Source: Nitrosopumilaceae archaeon (GTDB lineage Archaea; Thermoproteota; Nitrososphaeria; Nitrososphaerales; Nitrosopumilaceae). From it: a stretch of 64,000 nucleotides of DNA. The stretch covers positions 32,001 through 96,000 of the forward strand of contig CBDBCR010000002.1 of NCBI GenBank assembly GCA_965203465.1, given 5' to 3'. A program made the translations under genes and the position numbers. Positions 60,808 to 64,000 of the stretch are shown one piece after another (the first letter of the stretch is position 1; the number at the start of each line of letters is the position of its first letter). The notes beneath the pieces are model-generated. The model saw only the letters and a program-made list of their open reading frames with translations. It searched no databases and was not told the origin of the DNA.

Positions 60808-63800
60808 ATGGGCAGCGTACGGGGGCTCGCAGCGCTCGCTATACTGGCGTCGGGCATATGCGCCGCCGGCGCGGTGCCGGCAGCAGAGGCCACGGTGCCC
60901 GCCATATCGGCGTTCACCGAGCCGGGCGTGCGCGGGCTGAACACGTACGCCGCGTCCCTGGACATGAGCAACGACGGCACGTGGGCCGCCGTGCTGACCA
61001 TCACGTTCAACACCCCGATGGCCGTCCACACCAGCGAGTCAGACGCGCTCGAAGAGATCCTGATCAAGCCGGGCGTCGCAAGCGCAAACACCGACGGCAG
61101 CGCGACCGGCTCTGCCATAGGGTTCGACGGGAACGCGGTGAAGATATTCTACCTGCCGCCGGCCGAAGAGACGCTGCGCCTGATAACGGAGAGCAACTCG
61201 TCCCTCTACGTCTCGGGCACGGCGCTAAAGTCGGCAGACACGGGCACGGCCATGGCAGAGTTCGGGCAGCTTGAAAAGTACGAAAACGGCAACCGCGCGG
61301 CGGATTCTGGCACGCGCGTAAAGTGGTCCGACGATTCGGCCGCGCCGCGGGTGGCCAGCGCGTCCATCGACAGGGACAGCCGGGTGCTGTACGTCGTCTC
61401 GGACGAGTCGCTGGCGTTCGGGGTGTACCCGCTGCCCACGGAAACCCCGCCCAGCAGGGACTACGGGACCTCCCCCAGCAACGCCACAAAGTTCAGCGTG
61501 CGCGACGGCCCGTCCGCCGCGTCGGGGGTCGGGATGTCCGCCTCCAACGATCCGAGCGTGCACCGCTCCCCCGCGCACGAGATGCGCTTTGCGCTCTCGG
61601 CCCGGCAGCTCGCCGAGGTCGCCGGCTATTCGGATCCGCACCTGCACGTGGAGGCGGGCGCGTTCGAAGGCATAGCCAACTTTTCGCTCTCCACCGAAGA
61701 GAACGAGTACGTGTCGGAGCGTCTAAACTACCTGCCGGGGATCGCCTCGGCGAGCCTGTCGTCCTCGCTGTCAGTCGCGTTCGACGAGCCCGTCGAAAAG
61801 GGCACCGGCGCCTTTTACATACGCGGCAGCGCCGCGGGCAGCTACGATCCGGCAACCGACGTCTCGGGCACGCTGAGCGTCTCGGGCGCCGCCGGCTCGG
61901 CGGAGCTGACCGCCGCGGCCCTGGCGCGCGTGCTGGCCATGCCGTCGCCGTACCTGCACCTGGAGGCTGGGGCCGTGACCGACTCGGACGGCGCGGCCAA
62001 CGTCAAAAAGTCCCGGCAGCTGTCGGTGGCAGGCGGCCTGTACGCCGCAAAGATGGATTCTGCCGGCGCCGTCTCGCTGGATTTTTCGCCCGACGTCAAG
62101 ACGGGCGAGGCCGACGTCGACCAGTCCAAGATATTCGTGCGCGACGGGCCCGGCACGAGCGGCGGCACGGCGCTGACCGGCTCGACCGTGTCCTCGGCGG
62201 GCGACGGGGCGACCGTCGCCGTGTCGCTGACCGCGGGGCAGGTCTCGACGGTGACGGGGTACTCGGAGCCGCACGTGTACTTTGAGGCCGGCGCGGTAAA
62301 GAGCACCTCGGGCGCCGCGCTGAGCGCCCCCGCGTCTTCTACGCAGCTGGTCTCTTCGATCTTTCTGGAATCGGCCTCGGTGGACTTGAACAACTACGCC
62401 GACGGCTCGGACCGCCGCGCGGGCAAGCTGGTGCTCAAGTTCAGCGGGCCGGTCGCCGCGGGCGCGAGCGGGGCCGACTCCCTCTCGAAGATAACCGTCC
62501 GCGAGCAGGACAACTCGCCGTCCGCCGAGCTGGGCTCGGCCGCCTCGATCTCGTTCAGCTCCGGCACCGTCACGATAGCGCTCTCTGCCGAGCAAAAGGA
62601 CGCCGTCCGGGCCATGTCGGGCGACCTCGAGATACTGGCGGGCCCCGGCGCCTTCAAGTCGGCGGACACGTCGCTGCCGCTCGCGGCCGTGGGCGACGGG
62701 GACTTGTCGGTCCCGGCCGGCAGCGTGACCGCCGACGCCACGGGCCCCGTGGTAACCTCGGCCTCGCTGGACGAGGAGACCGGGGTGCTGGAGTTCACGT
62801 TCGATGAGATGGTGCGGGCCGGCACCGTGGCCGAGACCCAGATACGTCTGCACGATCAGGGTTCCCCTGGCTTTGATCTGGGAAGCTCGGCGGTCGCCTC
62901 GTCGGGCGTCTCGGATACGGTCACCGTGCAGCTCGACGAAGAGGCGCGCAAAAATGCGATAGCGCTGACGGCACCGCACTACCGGATGGCCGGCGCGCAG
63001 GCCGTGGTCGATACGTCCGGCGTGCCAATAATACAAAACTCGTCGGCTCTTCTGACATCCACGCCGGACGACGCGGCCCCGACCGTCCACGCCACGATCG
63101 CGCCGGTCCTCGACGAGGGGAGCGGGACGCTTTCCGTCACGTTCAGCGAGTCGGTAAAGGACGGCCCGGCCAACGTGGATCTGGACAGAATGTTCGTCGC
63201 AAACGGCCGGTTCGCCGCGGGCGGCACGGCGCTTACAGGCTCGCAGGTGACCTCGACGGTGGACACCGACGCGTCCGTCACCGTGGTGCTGACCGAGGAG
63301 CTCCGGCAGGCGGCCATCGGGTATCCGGCGCCCCACCTGCGCTTCGGGGCGGGCGCCGTGGACGATCTCTCCGGCAACGCGATGGCCGCCTCTGCCTCGG
63401 CCACCCGCATCATGGCGACCGACGACGAGGAGGCGCCCGTGATCCGGTCCGCGACCATCGACGAGGGCACCGGCGCGTGGACGGTGACGTTCTCGGAGAT
63501 AGTGTCGCCCGGCTCGGCGCGCGGCACCGCGATGTACGTGCGCGAGGCCGGCGGCGGGGCCTACAATTCCTCGAAAGATGTGCCCCTGGCCTTGCCGTCC
63601 CTGACCGTCTCGTCGAGCGGCGCGCTCTCAGAGGCGGGCCGCCAGAAGGTGATCGCCATGGCGACGCCGACCGTCTACGTAGTAAAGGACGCGGTGATGG
63701 ACATCTCCAGCAACGGCATAGAGGCCGCCGGCACGGCCGCGTCGGTCGCGCCCGACTCGGCTGCCCCCGCGATAGTCTCGGCGGCGGCCACCTCGCTCAA

Positions 63801-64000
63801 CCAGATAACGGTGGAGTTCAGCGAGGCGGTAAGGAGCCCCGACACCACCGGCGAGGGCTGGTCGGTGTCGGGCGCCGGCTCGGCCCAGCGCCACGTCACG
63901 GGCAGCTCCGACATATCGTCGGGCTCGACCACCGTGGTGCTGACGCTCTCCGGGAACCTGCCGGGCACGGCGCCGGACGGCGTGGTGCTGCGCTACGAGA
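60808..64000 (+). CDS. Second giant surface protein paralog, runs off the window (absent from ORF track)
   Basis: MGSVRGLAALAILASGICAAG...DMSNDGTWAAVLTITFNTP aligns with the upstream paralog; the frame appears open to 64000. Confidence 0.88.
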   Translation, partial: MGSVRGLAALAILASGICAAGAVPAAEATVPAISAFTEPGVRGLNTYAASLDMSNDGTWAAVLTITFNTPMAVHTSESDALEEILIKPGVASANTDGSATGSAIGFDGNAVKIFYLPPAEETLRLITESNSSLYVSGTALKSADTGTAMAEFGQLEKYENGNRAADSGTRVKWSDDSAAPRVASASIDRDSRVLYVVSDESLAFGVYPLPTETPPSRDYGTSPSNATKFSVRDGPSAASGVGMSASNDPSVHRSPAHEMRFALSARQLAEVAGYSDPHLHVEAGAFEGIANFSLSTEENEYVSERLNYLPGIASASLSSSLSVAFDEPVEKGTGAFYIRGSAAGSYDPATDVSGTLSVSGAAGSAELTAAALARVLAMPSPYLHLEAGAVTDSDGAANVKKSRQLSVAGGLYAAKMDSAGAVSLDFSPDVKTGEADVDQSKIFVRDGPGTSGGTALTGSTVSSAGDGATVAVSLTAGQVSTVTGYSEPHVYFEAGAVKSTSGAALSAPASSTQLVSSIFLESASVDLNNYADGSDRRAGKLVLKFSGPVAAGASGADSLSKITVREQDNSPSAELGSAASISFSSGTVTIALSAEQKDAVRAMSGDLEILAGPGAFKSADTSLPLAAVGDGDLSVPAGSVTADATGPVVTSASLDEETGVLEFTFDEMVRAGTVAETQIRLHDQGSPGFDLGSSAVASSGVSDTVTVQLDEEARKNAIALTAPHYRMAGAQAVVDTSGVPIIQNSSALLTSTPDDAAPTVHATIAPVLDEGSGTLSVTFSESVKDGPANVDLDRMFVANGRFAAGGTALTGSQVTSTVDTDASVTVVLTEELRQAAIGYPAPHLRFGAGAVDDLSGNAMAASASATRIMATDDEEAPVIRSATIDEGTGAWTVTFSEIVSPGSARGTAMYVREAGGGAYNSSKDVPLALPSLTVSSSGALSEAGRQKVIAMATPTVYVVKDAVMDISSNGIEAAGTAASVAPDSAAPAIVSAAATSLNQITVEFSEAVRSPDTTGEGWSVSGAGSAQRHVTGSSDISSGSTTVVLTLSGNLPGTAPDGVVLRYE

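Overview
GC-rich archaeal chromosome segment. Gene content (PEFG-CTERM protein, Rpo6/Rpo7/Spt4, S25e, proteasome alpha, parvulin, Hef-like helicase-dCMP deaminase-PolB-TIM block, CofE) points to a Nitrosopumilaceae/Cenarchaeum-like Nitrososphaerota; a sponge-symbiont lifestyle is my inference from the high GC and giant surface proteins. Most of the window is housekeeping. The accessory signals are: (1) a ~110-bp-period array of 25-bp palindromes whose last copy covers the promoter and start of a COG1672-type ATPase-wHTH gene; (2) an unassigned ~225-nt structured RNA candidate whose helices are completed by G-U pairs on the minus strand; (3) two paralogous giant surface-protein genes, each with a poly-G tract between TATA box and start codon; (4) two different ~80-bp MITEs, one in an ATPase pseudogene and one nested in a decayed ISH3-like element; (5) a triplicated putative metal-binding PEFG-CTERM protein; (6) an acylphosphatase with a VNTR-encoded coiled coil; (7) a RelBE-like pair whose toxin lacks a canonical start codon. 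No rRNA, tRNA or CRISPR array was recognised. All calls come from motif recognition by eye; no searches were run.
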